A stretch of DNA of 64,000 nt, from positions 62,001 to 126,000 of the forward strand of contig JAAOMT010000034.1 of assembly GCA_016748015.1 (NCBI GenBank). Reading direction: 5' to 3'. Positions 11,323 through 24,459 of the stretch are shown one piece after another. Source of the stretch: Geosiphon pyriformis uo1 (lineage: Eukaryota; Fungi; Glomeromycota). Position 1 is the stretch's first letter, and the number at the start of each line of letters is the position of its first letter. A program made the position numbers and the translations under genes. The notes under the pieces were generated by a model that was not told the DNA's origin, searched no databases, and saw only the letters and a program-made list of their open reading frames with translations.

Positions 11323-12375
11323 TGTTACCTGAGTAAAAAAACTGATCCAAAGTTATGAAGAAACATGACCAAAACATGACATAACACAGAATAGCATACA
11401 ATAATGTTGGATAATACATTATAATGTAGGATAATGTGTTATAATGCAGAATAACACAGAATAGCATGCAATAACATAGGATAACACAGAATAACATGTA
11501 ATAATGTCAGATAACGTGTTATAACATAGAATAACTAGTGATAACATAGAAAAACAAATCAATAACAGAAATAACAAAGCAATAGTTAGTGATAACGAAA
11601 CAATTGAAAGCAATTCTGTAAAACCAAAAGAATGTATAAAAGCAAGTAATTGTAGAAGTGAGAAAAGACAGACAGATAGATACAAACCTTTAGACAAGAA
11701 TTAAATATTCATACCTCTTCATCATTTATTATCTTCCCTATTTCATTTTCTGAAATAAACCAATTATTAAAGAAATCAGAATCACAAATTCATGTTCTCA
11801 AACTTCGTGGAATTTACATGAATTAACTTTTGTTTTGTACCTTTGTTCTAAAACAAATGCTCTTAGCATAACTGCCTTGAACTATTAACAATTTGGACCA
11901 ATTGCTCTTGATCACAGCAATTGACAATACTAATTTATCTTTTCTTTCTTTTCTTTTCTTTTTCTTTTTTTTTTTTCTTATTTTTTTTTTGTGGAGTGGC
12001 AACATAGTAAAATTAACTGTCTGGAAATAGACTTCATGATAGCCTGGTAAAAGAGAGAAGCTCCTCCTAAGTTTTGGATATTAACATTATCTTATTAGCT
12101 TACCAGAAGGGCAAAAAGACAATGCCAAACCCTAATAACTGCACTTATTAGCTCAAAGAAAAAAGCTCACATTTATGAAAAACGTTGCAATCGATGAAAG
12201 ACAAACTCTGTGCCTTATAACCAAAGAATTCAATGAGTAAATTCACATCCAAGAATAGCCCTTCAGAGACTGATAATCAAGACTAAGCCAATAAAATTAC
12301 ATGGAAGATACATCTCCAATAATTAAGAGCACCAAATGTTACCAGTTCTATTATCCACCAAGTTTATTCATAACA
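11323..12375 (+). repeat. 3' LTR of A
   Basis: Direct repeat of 2244-3262 with extra U3 repeat units. Confidence 0.96.
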
Positions 12376-15300
12376 GTGTTAATAAATATTGATGTAATTG
12401 TTTATAAATAAATATATTTATTAATAAGAAATTAAATTTGGATTATTTTTAATAAACTGTTAATATTGGTGTTTTTGGTTTTTTTTTTGTAATAGATTTT
12501 ATATAAAAATTGTTACAAGTAGATACTTTATCTTATGTATTTTTTTTAATTATAGTTTGCTAAGCAATTATATTAATTTTTTGTAATCTATATATAAATC
12601 AAATAATTGGTAAAAATAATATCTTCAATTTTATATAGCCCAATAAATAGCAAACCATTTTAAATTTATAGTGCTATATATTTTTCTAGTTGTACTAATC
12701 CTATAGCTAGTATAAATAATAAAATATTCACAATTATTAAATTTAATTTATAATAAAACTATTTTTAAAGCATTTTTTAATGCATTTATGATTATAATAA
12801 ACTGTTTTATGAAATCTAAGTATATTAAAACTGGCACTTTAATAAGTTAATATTTAAGATACTCAAAAGTTTTCTATTAATCAGTTTTTTATATATAGAA
12901 AATATGTTTTATAAATAAATAATAAAAGAGTTTAACAATATCTAAGAAACTTTTAATAAAATAGTAATAATATCTAATAAATTCTAAGAATTTTTGGAGT
13001 TTACAAAAATTAATAAAAGCAAAAAAATTCTTAATTTTCTAAACTTTGTTTGGATTAAATTTACTTTATTTTTTTTAATAATATATTTTAGAAACTTCAG
13101 TTCTATTTTTTTAAAAAAATATTTATTGGAATTAAGTTTTAGTCCAGTATTTCAAAGATAATTAAAAACTTATTAAAAGTAAAGTAAATAATTATTGAAT
13201 GTTTTGAGAATATATTGGTATTATTTAAATAAATAACAACAAATTTCCAAAAAAATTTTAGTATATAATATTTAATAAATATTAAAAAATAACTAAAGTA
13301 TTATAAAATTTAATAAATATTATATTAAACTCAAAGTTTTTATCTTATGTGATAAAAGTAGTTTTTTTTTGTCAATTAAATTTATTTTAACTTGTCAATA
13401 TTTATTAGTTAAATTTAATAATAAAAACTATTTTTTATTTTTTAAGTTATCTAAAATTTTCTGAATAAAAAAAGTTAAATAATTATCTTCTTAGACAACA
13501 CTATTAAGCTTTTGATAGTTAACACAAAAACAGATTTTTCTATTTTTTTTGTTACCAAAACAACAGATAAAAATCATAGGCTTAAAAATTTTTTAATTAA
13601 GTTATTATTTAATATTTGCTATATTTTCTGCTTGATTACATTATTATTATCTAAAATAACTCAATAAGCTTGTTATTTAATTGGTCTGACATTTCTAATG
13701 TTAATTTTGTGTTTTACAATATCTGTACATTTAAATTTGTTTTTGTTTACAAAAATGTTAATATATTGATTAAATAAAATTTTGAGCTGTATTTGTTAAA
13801 AAGTATTCAAATTTCCAAGATTAAGTTTGTTAATTTCTTTTAAAGTAAACAAATAGTTTTTTTTTGATATGTTTTATACTTGAAAAGTAATATTACAGAA
13901 TAAAAATAGTTAAACAAAATTAGAAATAAATTGAAATTTTTTTGGAATTTTAATACTATTGTTTGTTAAATTGTATATAAAAATCTTAAAATGTTTGTAA
14001 ACTTTGGTAAATATATAAAGATTTGCAATATTGGCTAAATAACAGATTTTTAGAACAGTTTCAAATAATAGAACTTGGTTTTAAATTTTTTATTCAACTT
14101 TTATAATATATTAATAATAAAATAAAAATAAAATTACAGTATTAGTGTAGATAAGTTCTATCTTATTATTGGTTTTTTTATATAATTAACTTGTATATTT
14201 TTTTTTCACTAAATTTAAATCTTTAAATTTTTTTTAAATGTTTATTAGTATAAGTTACAAAATTTTAATAAAAAACAAAAAATAGTTTAAATAATTTTTT
14301 CTTGAGATTTAATAATATAAAGTCTTTTTAAATTGTTTTAAAACATTATTATAATATTTTTATATATTTAACATTAAATATTTCTTTTTTAACATTAATT
14401 TTTTTGTTTACAAAATTAAAATAAGATATAATTTGTACTATTATACTAATAAAAATTTTCAGTATTAATTTAAGCTCTATTTTTATAAAGAAATAAGAAA
14501 CTATAACTATAAAAAATTGTTTAAATATTTTAAATTAAATTTAAAATAATTAACATATGTTCTTTTTAGACATATATTTTTATCATTATTATTGTATTAC
14601 TTTGGTTTTAATTTTTTAAAAAAATCTGAATAGGTAAAATATTGTTCAATTTTAGTAATCATATTTGGCTTTTAAAATAAATTGTCTTTTGTATTTAATT
14701 TATATTCTTTTTTAAACTTTTTTAGTTCAAAAATTAGTTAGAGAATTTGAGATAATAAATTAAATAAAAGATTATATTTATTATAGTATTGAAAATAACA
14801 AAAAATTAAACAATAATTGCATAATTGTATATTAAAATTAGCCAGTTATTGCTTTTGTTTATTTTAAGTAAAAACAAGTTTTTAATAGTATTCTTTAAAT
14901 ATTTCTGAATTATCTGTGAAAAAGTCATTTATTTTTTTATTGTTATAGATGTATTCTTAATGACATGTATTTTTTTAACAATTGTACTTTTTTATTTTGC
15001 TGTGGTTATTTTTCAGATTTTATTTTTATTATAAAAATATGAATTTAGTTAATTAATTATTCAACTATAAACAGCAGCAAATAAAATTTTTTTGCATATT
15101 CAATTATTAATTAAAATAGTATATTAACATAATTTATTATATGTTTTTTTTCTACCAAAAATATTATTTTATAGTTTTTTATCTGGCAGAATTTTACTAT
15201 AAGCAAAACATAATATATTATTTTATTTATTTTGTTATTTAAATTATTTTAATATATATAAATAACAATAATATTATATAACAATAGATTATATTTTATT

Positions 15301-18154
15301 ATTTTTAATGTATATATTTATTGATAATAGTTTTTTGTTACAATTAATACAGACTAACTTTGGTAGATAATAAAGCTAATTTTTTTAATTTGATATTACA
15401 TAAACAAAAATTAATGGTTGTAATTTTTTTTTTAGCTTTTTTTCTAAGTAAATAGTAATAATAGATCTATGCTAAAATTATCAGCCCAAAAAATTTAGTA
15501 AATTCTTTAAATTTGATTAAAAGTTATTTTAAAATTGTTGTTTTAAAATATCTACAAATAATAAGTATTTAAGTATGTTATAATTTAGAGTTCTTAAGTA
15601 TTTTAATTAAGGATAACATAAACTTATATTAACTAATTATTACCAATTAAAACTTGGTATTGTGTTGTTTTTATTATTAAAACTTTGATCAGAATTATGA
15701 TTTTATTAATTTTAAAAAAGAAATTATTAATTTCTTTAATTAGTGTTTTTGTATTTCTATTAACAATTATAATTTTAACAGCTATAACACAATTAACTTA
15801 GTAATTTAATTAATTTATAAGTTGTTTTATTATTATATTATTAGTTAATCTATTATTAAGTATTAATTTAATATTTATTTGTTCTAATTTAATATTAGTA
15901 TATATTGTTATAATAGATTTGTATTGGTTAAAAACAGTTTTATTAAAGAAATTAAAAGTATTTAAGTTGCTTATATTAAATAAAAAAATGACAAAAAGTG
16001 TTTTGTTTTTTATAATTGTAGCTGAAAAAATTGTCTTAAAAGTAATTTGGTTGTTATTAAAAGAAAAAAAATTAAAGTACTTAATTGTAATTTTTTTTTC
16101 TAAAAATACAATATTATTAAAATCTTGAGTTTTAAAAAAACCAAGATATAAAGCTTAATTTAGATATTTATTTAATAAGACTTAAAAAGATAAGTTGTTA
16201 TAGTTTATGTTTTAAAATAATATAAATACAGATTAAAATTGACTTTTATTATTGTTTTTCTATTTTTAATTATAGTTAATAATTTGAAATTTAAATTACT
16301 ATATTAAAAAACCTAATATTGAGATTGTAGTTATACTATTACTTAAAAGTACAGATAATAATTTTAAAGTGATTGGAGTAAGTATTATAATTGTTAATAT
16401 TAAAAAAAAGAGTATTAGTATTCTATTGGTTGAATATATTTTAGTTGTTGCTAATATTGGTTTTCATAATTCTAATCTAATATTTTTTTATAACAATTTT
16501 TTACAATATAACTAAATTTTTGACAATAATAACAATTACAGAAATCTTGTTTTTATGATTGTTATTGCTATTGGTATTGTTATTATTATTGGTATCTTGA
16601 ATTGTTATTATTTTTTTAATGTTGAAATAATGGGTAAGTTTCTGAATTTCTAGCAAAAAATTTCTCAATTTTCTAAGTTAATTTTTTACTTAATTAAGTT
16701 AACTTTTATTAATATTAGAGATTTTATTTATGACCAAATTAATAACTTAAATATGATTAACTTATTGTTTAGTTAATTTAAAGTTATAAACAAGTATTAC
16801 TATATCTTAAAATAATAAGATTTTATTAACTAAAGTATACTATTTTTTAGTTTTTTAATATATTAGTTCAGAATCTGTTTAGAGATATAATAGTCTCTTT
16901 TAATAACTTGTATTTGTTAAAAAATTTGATTAGATTGGCCAAGATAAATAATGACTGTTTTGTAATTTTTTTGTTTTATTATCTTAAATCGATTTTAAAA
17001 TCAAATTAAAATATTTAAATTGTAGAAATATTAAAAAAAGACAAGTTTAAAAACAGTAAAATTAGATAGTTTTTTTATAAAACTTTAGTATTATAAGTTT
17101 GCTGTTTTGATTAGAAAAAAAAGTAGAACTTAAATTGTTTTTGCATTATTTCAATTGTTTGTTATAAATATTTTTTTAATTTCTGCAATTCAAATATAAA
17201 CATTTTTTTTTTCTTTAAAGAATTTTTTTAATTTAACAATGTTTTTATAAGTTATAATGAGAATAAAAAACTGTTTTGTTAATAATAAAAACAAGACTAA
17301 TAACAATATATTTGGTTTTTTAATTGAACTTATACAAATTGGTTTTCTTTGTTTATTATTAAAATAAGTTAAAACAATACTGTTTTTTCTAAAAAAGTGG
17401 TTATTAATTTGGCTAGTTGTTATAATGACTGTTGTTTCTATAAAATTGTATTTTCAAAAACAATATTAATTGTTAAGATAAGATTTTTGAATAATGTTTT
17501 ATATTTTTTTAATGATTTAGTTCAAAGATTTTTGTTGAAGTTTTAAGAATAAAAATTTTCAGAAGTTTTTAAAGTTTTTAATTACAAACTGGTAAGTTGA
17601 TTTAATAAAATTCTATTTTTTGGAATTGTTAATATAAAGATATTGTTAATAACAAAAAATTTGACTTTTTAATAATAGTAGATTGAAATTTTTTTGTATT
17701 AGTTATTGTTAAATATTGCTTTCTGTATCCAACTCAAATTTTTTAAAAGTAAATTTTATGTTGTAACTTTTTTTTAATTATAAATATTAATTTTAAATAT
17801 ATATTTTAAATATATATTTCAATTTTTTTGTTAATAAAAAGAAGAGTTTTTGTTATTGTTTTTTTGATAATAAAAGTTAAATAAGATAGCAAATTTTGGT
17901 AAATTTGTTTTTTAAGTTTTCTAATATTAACAGTTTTGTTTAAATAATAATTAACTTTGGTATATATATAGTAAAAAAAATTATTTTTAGCTACAAATTA
18001 TTTTTCTGATATTCTTAAATCTTTTTAAAATTATTAATATAAGACTTTTTTAAAAGACAAATGATTTTTTTATACAGTTTCAATAGTTATTACTTTGTGA
18101 ATTTTTTAGATATTTTGTTTTTGCAGATTTTATAACTTTATAAAAAACACCAAA

Positions 18155-19120
18155 TGTTATAAGTAAACTTGGTAAAGTATAATTATAATATTTGTAATTT
18201 AGTAATAGAAGCTTGTTTAATAAGTTAAAATATTTGTTCAAAAATTTTTAGTAATAATACTTTTAATACTAATCTGTTAATTAATATCTAAAAATCTTTT
18301 TTAGTTTTTAGTTATACTTATTAAGTTCTTTTATTATAAAGCACAAAGATATGATTTATGTAATAATATTGTTATAGTTATGTTTCTTTTCAAACTATTT
18401 AAACATAATTACTAAAGTTTAACATTGTTTTTTTGTTTTTTTGTTAAATTAACAAGATAAAATTAATATTTAATACTTAGGAAAAGCTTTCTTTTTTTAT
18501 CAGGTTATTACAAAATTTAATTCCAAAACAGTTAATTTTTAATGTTGCTGCTTTACAAGAGAAAATAAAAATAAAAAATTAATATTTTGTTAATTACTAT
18601 AATTCAAAACAAATGATTCAAGTCAATAAAGTTTTAAAAATGTTTATGTTAATTGTATTTGGCTTAGAATAAAGATAAAAAAAATGATTAATTAGATTAT
18701 AACAATTTATTTTGTTAAAAACATGTAATTAGAAATTTAAATAATAATGTTTTATTTAAATTAATAAAAAATATAAAAAAAAGTATAATAGATGAATTAT
18801 TAAATTAAAAATAAAATATTAAAAAAAATTCGATTTTTGTCTTATTTGTTTTTTAACTATTAAAATTACTTATTTTTATATATTTTTTCTAGTTTTATAA
18901 GATTATTTATAATTGCTTATTATTACTAATTATTGTTTATTATTTTAATTATTGCTTTATTTTTTTATATTATTACTAATTATTGTGTATTATTTTATGT
19001 TATTTCATATTATTTTGTATTATTTTATGTTATTTTGTATTATTCTATATTATTTTCTGTTCTTATATAGTCATTACGTTTTTTAATCATTTTTGGATTG
19101 GTTTTTCTATTAAAATAATA
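18155..19120 (-). repeat. 5' LTR of element B
   Basis: Starts tgttat at 18155 right after the reverse-complement PBS and ends 'taata' at 19120. Similar to the reverse complement of the A LTR. Confidence 0.8.
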
Positions 19121-21900
19121 CTATTTAGCTGTTAAAAAATACTTTAATCACACAAAAAAAAAGAACACACTTTAAAGCCAATGCAATAGCTTATAATTCA
19201 ACTATTAATATAAACAGAAAAACAAGCCACATTAGTATTACATAGTCAATTATAAACCAAAAAAAAAATTTTAAACTCAATATATTTAAAAACCAAAAAC
19301 CAACAACCAAAGATAGATTAATCTTGTAAAAAAACAAACTGCTTAAAAACTTAGTTGCCAAAATAAATTATTTAAAGACTAAATTTTAAGAGTTCAATAT
19401 TTTTTATTATTAAAAATTTTTTTAATTAAAAACATCACTTTTTTTGTTATATAACTGTTTAATAAAAGCAATATTAAATTTTTTAAGTAAATAAGATATT
19501 TCAAAAAAAACAAAGCTACTTAAAACTATTAACATAAGAATTTTATCCAAAAATTTAAAAACAAAGCACACAAAGTTTATTAAAGACAAATTATAATCAT
19601 AAAAAATTTTTATTATATTAATCAAAAAGTTATTTGTAGAATTAATTTTAAGACAAACAAAAAAGCATAAAAATAAAAAAAAATTAGCTTAAGATTTAAA
19701 AATCTAAAAATTAACAATTAAATAGCTGATTTAAAATACTACTAATATTAAAAAGTTTAACAAAAAAACCAATTTGTATTTAGTCTATATTTGCTTAAAA
19801 AATTTTAAATCATATAAAAAAGAGTAATAAATTACATTATTTAAAAAGTCCAAAAGCAAATCTAACTTAAATTTTAAATATTTTTAAACTAAAATATTTT
19901 ATTTATTGTATATATTAGTTAAAACAAAGTTAAATTGGGTCTTATAATTGATAATAGAATATAAAACTACTGAAATTAAATAAAAAAACTGGTTATTAAA
20001 AATAGTTTTTTTAAAACTCTGTATACAAAAAACTTAATATTCAAATAAGCTTTTGTTAAACTAAGCTTTAACAAATTATCTATTAACAAAAAAATACTCT
20101 CTTTTTAGCAATTAAAATAAGCAAACTGCAAATTAATAAAAAAAAACACTAATTTTATGATTAATAAAAATAATTATTGTTTTATTATTATTGATTAAGA
20201 TATTATTAATACTAAAAGATATATTAACAATTTTCAAAATATACTAACTTATAACTTAACTACTACTACTTACTTAAATCATGTTATTAACAAAAACATT
20301 ATTAATAAAAATAATATTAAATCCATCTGGCTTTTAATCCAATTTGTTTTAACCACAAATTTGAAATTAATTTTGTATTTACACATATGTTTCTGTTTTT
20401 TGATTTTGCATAAAAAAGAATTATAAAAAATATACCAAAAAAAAAGAAAAATATTATTTTAATCTAATTCATTATGAATATAGTAAATATTTATTAAGCT
20501 AAAATTAAATATAATTTGATTAATCTAATTATTGTAAATACTACCAAAAAATTTAACAAATTTGTCATATATTTTAATTTTAATCAAGCTGTTTTTCAAG
20601 TGTTCCCAACTTATTGAATTATATGCTTTATATATATTTTACAAACCAATTAAAATTTGTGGTTTTTTCTAAAATATTCTCTATTATTAAGTTAATTATA
20701 AAGATTGAAAATTGTGTTATCATATTCTTTAATATTAAAAAATTATTCTTATAAAAAACATTAAACTTACTATAAACCAAAAAAATCTTGTTAAACAAGA
20801 TCTTAAAAAAAAATTTCTAAACTATTTAATTAAAACAATAGATTAAATATTTATTAAACCATTTTTCTATTTATATAGCTTAAAAATTATTGAAATTCAT
20901 GTTTTTTTTAAGATTAAAAAACAGATTTATACATTAAACAAATATTTAAAAGATTTAAAAACATATCTATTAATATCTTATTACAATATTTTTACAATTT
21001 ATTTGATATATTAAAAAGATCAATAGTCTTTTTATTAAACAAATTTATTATTATACTTAGTAATTCAACAAGACTAATAAAGCACATAACATCAAAAAAA
21101 GCATTATTAACAATATAGATTAGCAAAAAATATTATTAATATTGTATTTTAAGTATAGTCTTTAATATTTTTTACTTTTTTGTTCAACTTTTTATAATTT
21201 ATCTATCTTAAACTTGACCAATTTAAACATTAATACTAGTTTATTACTAACAACTAAATAATTTAAAACCACTATATAAAAAAGACACTCTAAGATACTT
21301 TAAATAATATAATCTTTATTTATCTAAAATTTTTTATTTTTATTAATAGCTAATTTGATTTATATTTTTTCAATTTATTAAGACTCAACTATTTTTAGAT
21401 CTTGATAAAACTTTTTAGTTTTTAACAAAAAAACCAAACAATATTAAAGCAAACATTCGAATTAACAAGTTTTATTATGTCAAAGACATTATTAATATCA
21501 AAAAATAACCAAAGTTTTAAAAAAAAATTAAATTTACTGTTTAATATCAAACAAAAAATTTAACTAACTTAGAGACCAAAACTTCTAGTTTGTAAAAACA
21601 AAATAAGAATTTGGTAAAAATAATATTGTAATTTTTAAATTAAATCTTAAAAAATATTTTATTAATTAATAGACAAATAACTTTTTAAACAATGTCTTAT
21701 ATTATGTTCAAATTTGAAAACTTTTTTATAATAACAAAATTTTTAGCAAATATAATAATAGTAATAAGTATAAATACTCTAAATTAATTTAAGTTTGACT
21801 TATTAGTATTTTTGAAATTGAATTTCTAATTCTTATTTACTTAAATATAAAGAGAATTTAAACTAATATTTAAAAATTTTTCAAATTAATAAAAGTGTAA
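19121..21900 (-). mobile_element. Degraded LINE-like (non-LTR) ORF2 relic with RT and RNase H
   Basis: The minus strand gives 'FVNNMI' at ~20280-20295 (eroded FVDD/YADD motif) and 'VEL*AIALALKCV' at ~19165-19205 (RNase H helix). The ~21800-21900 segment resembles the post-endonuclease part of the plus-strand LINE at ~45010-45110. Confidence 0.65.
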
Positions 21901-23599
21901 ACAACACAATAATTAGTATTAAAAAACTTATCTACATTCAAAATTTTTTTCTCTTATGTCTAAGAAAAAGACATTTATGAAAGCCTTTTATGGTTTGATT
22001 GAAGATATTTTTTTTTAAAAAAAAGAATTTTTGTAGATAATATTAAACATTCAAGTCATAAAAAAAAAAATTTTTTGGTCAAATTTGGTCTTAACAATAG
22101 TATATATTCGAATATAAATAGTGAATCCAATAATAATGAAGCTAGTAGTATATCAATAGATGCTGATAATAGTTTTTTTTGGCTTAGTTACAACAACTCT
22201 TAAAGCTAAAAGAATTAATACTGGTTTGAATTATGGTTTTTTTATTGATATAATTGACTATAGAATAGATAAAAATATGGAATTCCTTTTTTTTCTTCTT
22301 AATATTTTTTTTAACAAAAAATAAATCAATTTTAAAATAGTAAAAACTCAGATTGAAGTGGCTATTAAAAAATTTTTTGTATTAAATATTAATTTTTTAG
22401 CAGTAAAAAATAAATTAGCAACTGTAAAAACATAAGTAATTAAAAAAAATTTTTTATTAGTTAATAATTTTAGAGGATTACTACTCTTTTAAAATTTGAA
22501 AAGATTATTAAATTTATATTTACTTCAGAGAAAAACATAAAAAAAACTATATTATTGGCCAGAAAAAAAGAAATTATCATAAACAATAATATTAAAAAAC
22601 AAAAAATTAAATCAGATCAGACTGTGATCATCAAAAAAATTTTTATAAATATGCCAAAAAAAATGATTATTGCCACAATAGCTGAGTATAGTCAGATAGT
22701 ATTAATTCAATTACAACTAATTAAGCTATAACAAAAAACTGTAGTAAAATTTGCCAAATTGGTTTAAGCAAATTTGTTGACAGCAAAATTGTCATTCTTA
22801 ATTGAAAAAATTCAGTACATATGGCAAAAACTATAAGAAATTACAAAACTTGAATGTTAAAAGATTGATTTAAAGCACTTTTGTTTACTTTATCTGTAGG
22901 AATAATGGCTTATGATCTTAGTGCTTTATTGGAGAAAACTAATAAAAAAACTTGTGTTATTAACTAATTATTTAATACTGACAATAAAATTTGTTATATT
23001 GTGGTTGGTTTCAAAATAGATAAGAAACTTGAAACTGCTTTTTACATAAAGCCAATTTTTGGTAATGTAAAACTTTTTTGGACTAGATTAAATTTGGTTT
23101 ATTGCAGAAAGTACAGATGTTTTGAACATTTGGCTTTGGAATGTGATATATCAAATGTATTTGTTTTGCTTTTTAAAAAAATTTATAAAAAAGTTGTTTT
23201 AAAAGAGGATTGTTTTCAATTAGCAAAATTATATGCTAAAAAAAGTATTTCTATTTTCTATTCTATCACATTTGGTGGCAAATTTTGTGCTCAGATAGTT
23301 TTGTTTACTGCTGTTACAGATAATTATTTGGAGTCTCAAATCAAATAACAAACCCGTAACTTAATATTTAATAGCTAATATGATTAGTATTATTTAAAGA
23401 TTTTAATTAAGTTCTTTATATAATAGACAGAGATTCAATAGTTGTTTTATCTATTACCTTTCAGAATTGCAATTTTATCAATTTTTTTCTTAGTATGATG
23501 GCTGGCAATTTCTTGATAAGCTATCTTTAATTCTGAATGTCTACTTTTATTCCTGAATTTTTTACCAATACTATATTTTGATGTCAATACCTTGTGTAT

Positions 23600-24429
23600 T
23601 GTTACTTATAGAATATAGGAAGTATATTAGCATAAATTAGCCAATCAAAAGTAGTCATAGTAGATGTGGAATTCCAGGATTCCTCTCAAGAAGAATCATA
23701 AGATTCCAGGAATTTCAGGATTCTTGTACAAAGAATTACAAGATTTCAGAATTTCAGGATTTCTCTTAAAGAAATTACAGAATTCCAGGAATTCCAGAAT
23801 TCCTGGTGTGAAAAATTGAGAAATTGAGGAATCTCAATTATGTATATATAGCAGTAGCATTACAAAAAAAAAAGACAGATTTTTCAGTTTAGATTTGATC
23901 TAAGCAATCTTTTTATTCACAAATATTAATAAATAATTATTCACTATCTTAATCTATTTCTCACTATTAACACTTCATGTTGATAGTAATTGATACTTAA
24001 CTATATTGGAACAATAGCTTTTAATCACAGCTATTGACAGAATACTAACTTGTAATTGCCTTGGCTTATTTTTTTTATCTTTTTTTTATTTTTTTATTTT
24101 TATTTTGTGTTTACTAATTGATTGAAGATTAAGCACTGAATTATTAATGTTAAGGATAGTCTGGTAAAAAACTTCAAAGGAAGGATATAGAATTGAGAAT
24201 TTAAAGATAGCTTATCAGAAAAGCATCTTTGCCAGATTACTGGCCACTATGCTAAGAAAGAAATTCAATGAAATTGTAATTCCAGAAGGCTACTAAAAGG
24301 CTATTAAATCTCTGTTCATTATATAAAAGACTCAACTAAAACCTTCAGAAACCAACATCATAATATCAATTAAGCACCAAGTTACAAGTTTGTTATTTGT
24401 TTTAAGACTCTAAATAATTACCTATAACA
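23600..24429 (+). repeat. 5' LTR of C
   Basis: TGTTAC...TAACA; repeat of 32762-33617. Confidence 0.95.
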
Positions 24430-24459
24430 TTTGGTGCTCCCTATGAGATATAATTGTAC

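Larger units (their letters stand above)
2244..12375 (+). mobile_element. Element A: full-length Ty3/Gypsy LTR retrotransposon with dUTPase (pseudogenised)
   Basis: Paired LTRs TGTTAC...TAACA, 4-bp TSD GTGT (2240-2243 / 12376-12379), PBS, PPT, and gag-PR-RT-RH-IN domain order. Confidence 0.97.
1..19120 (-). mobile_element. Element B: old, heavily degraded Ty3/Gypsy LTR retrotransposon related to element A, interrupted by A at 2244-12375; 3' LTR runs off the window start
   Basis: 1-373 matches ~18750-19120 (LTR pair). Reverse-complement PPT-like tract at 374-390. Reverse-complement PBS context 'aacaccaaatgttat' at 18146-18160 mirrors A's 'taacatttggtgc'. The internal sequence is a collinear AT-eroded reverse complement of A. 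Confidence 0.85.

Noticed and set aside
15919-16128. Short Lys/Ile/Phe-rich ORFs in AT-rich tracts (also 11823, 45913, 49027) and antisense ORFs within pol
   Set aside because: These are compositional by-products of decayed transposon sequence; no host gene is supported anywhere in the window.
12376-19120. Organellar or AT-rich endosymbiont DNA insertion
   Set aside because: The region is collinear with the reverse complement of element A, so the AT richness is mutational decay.
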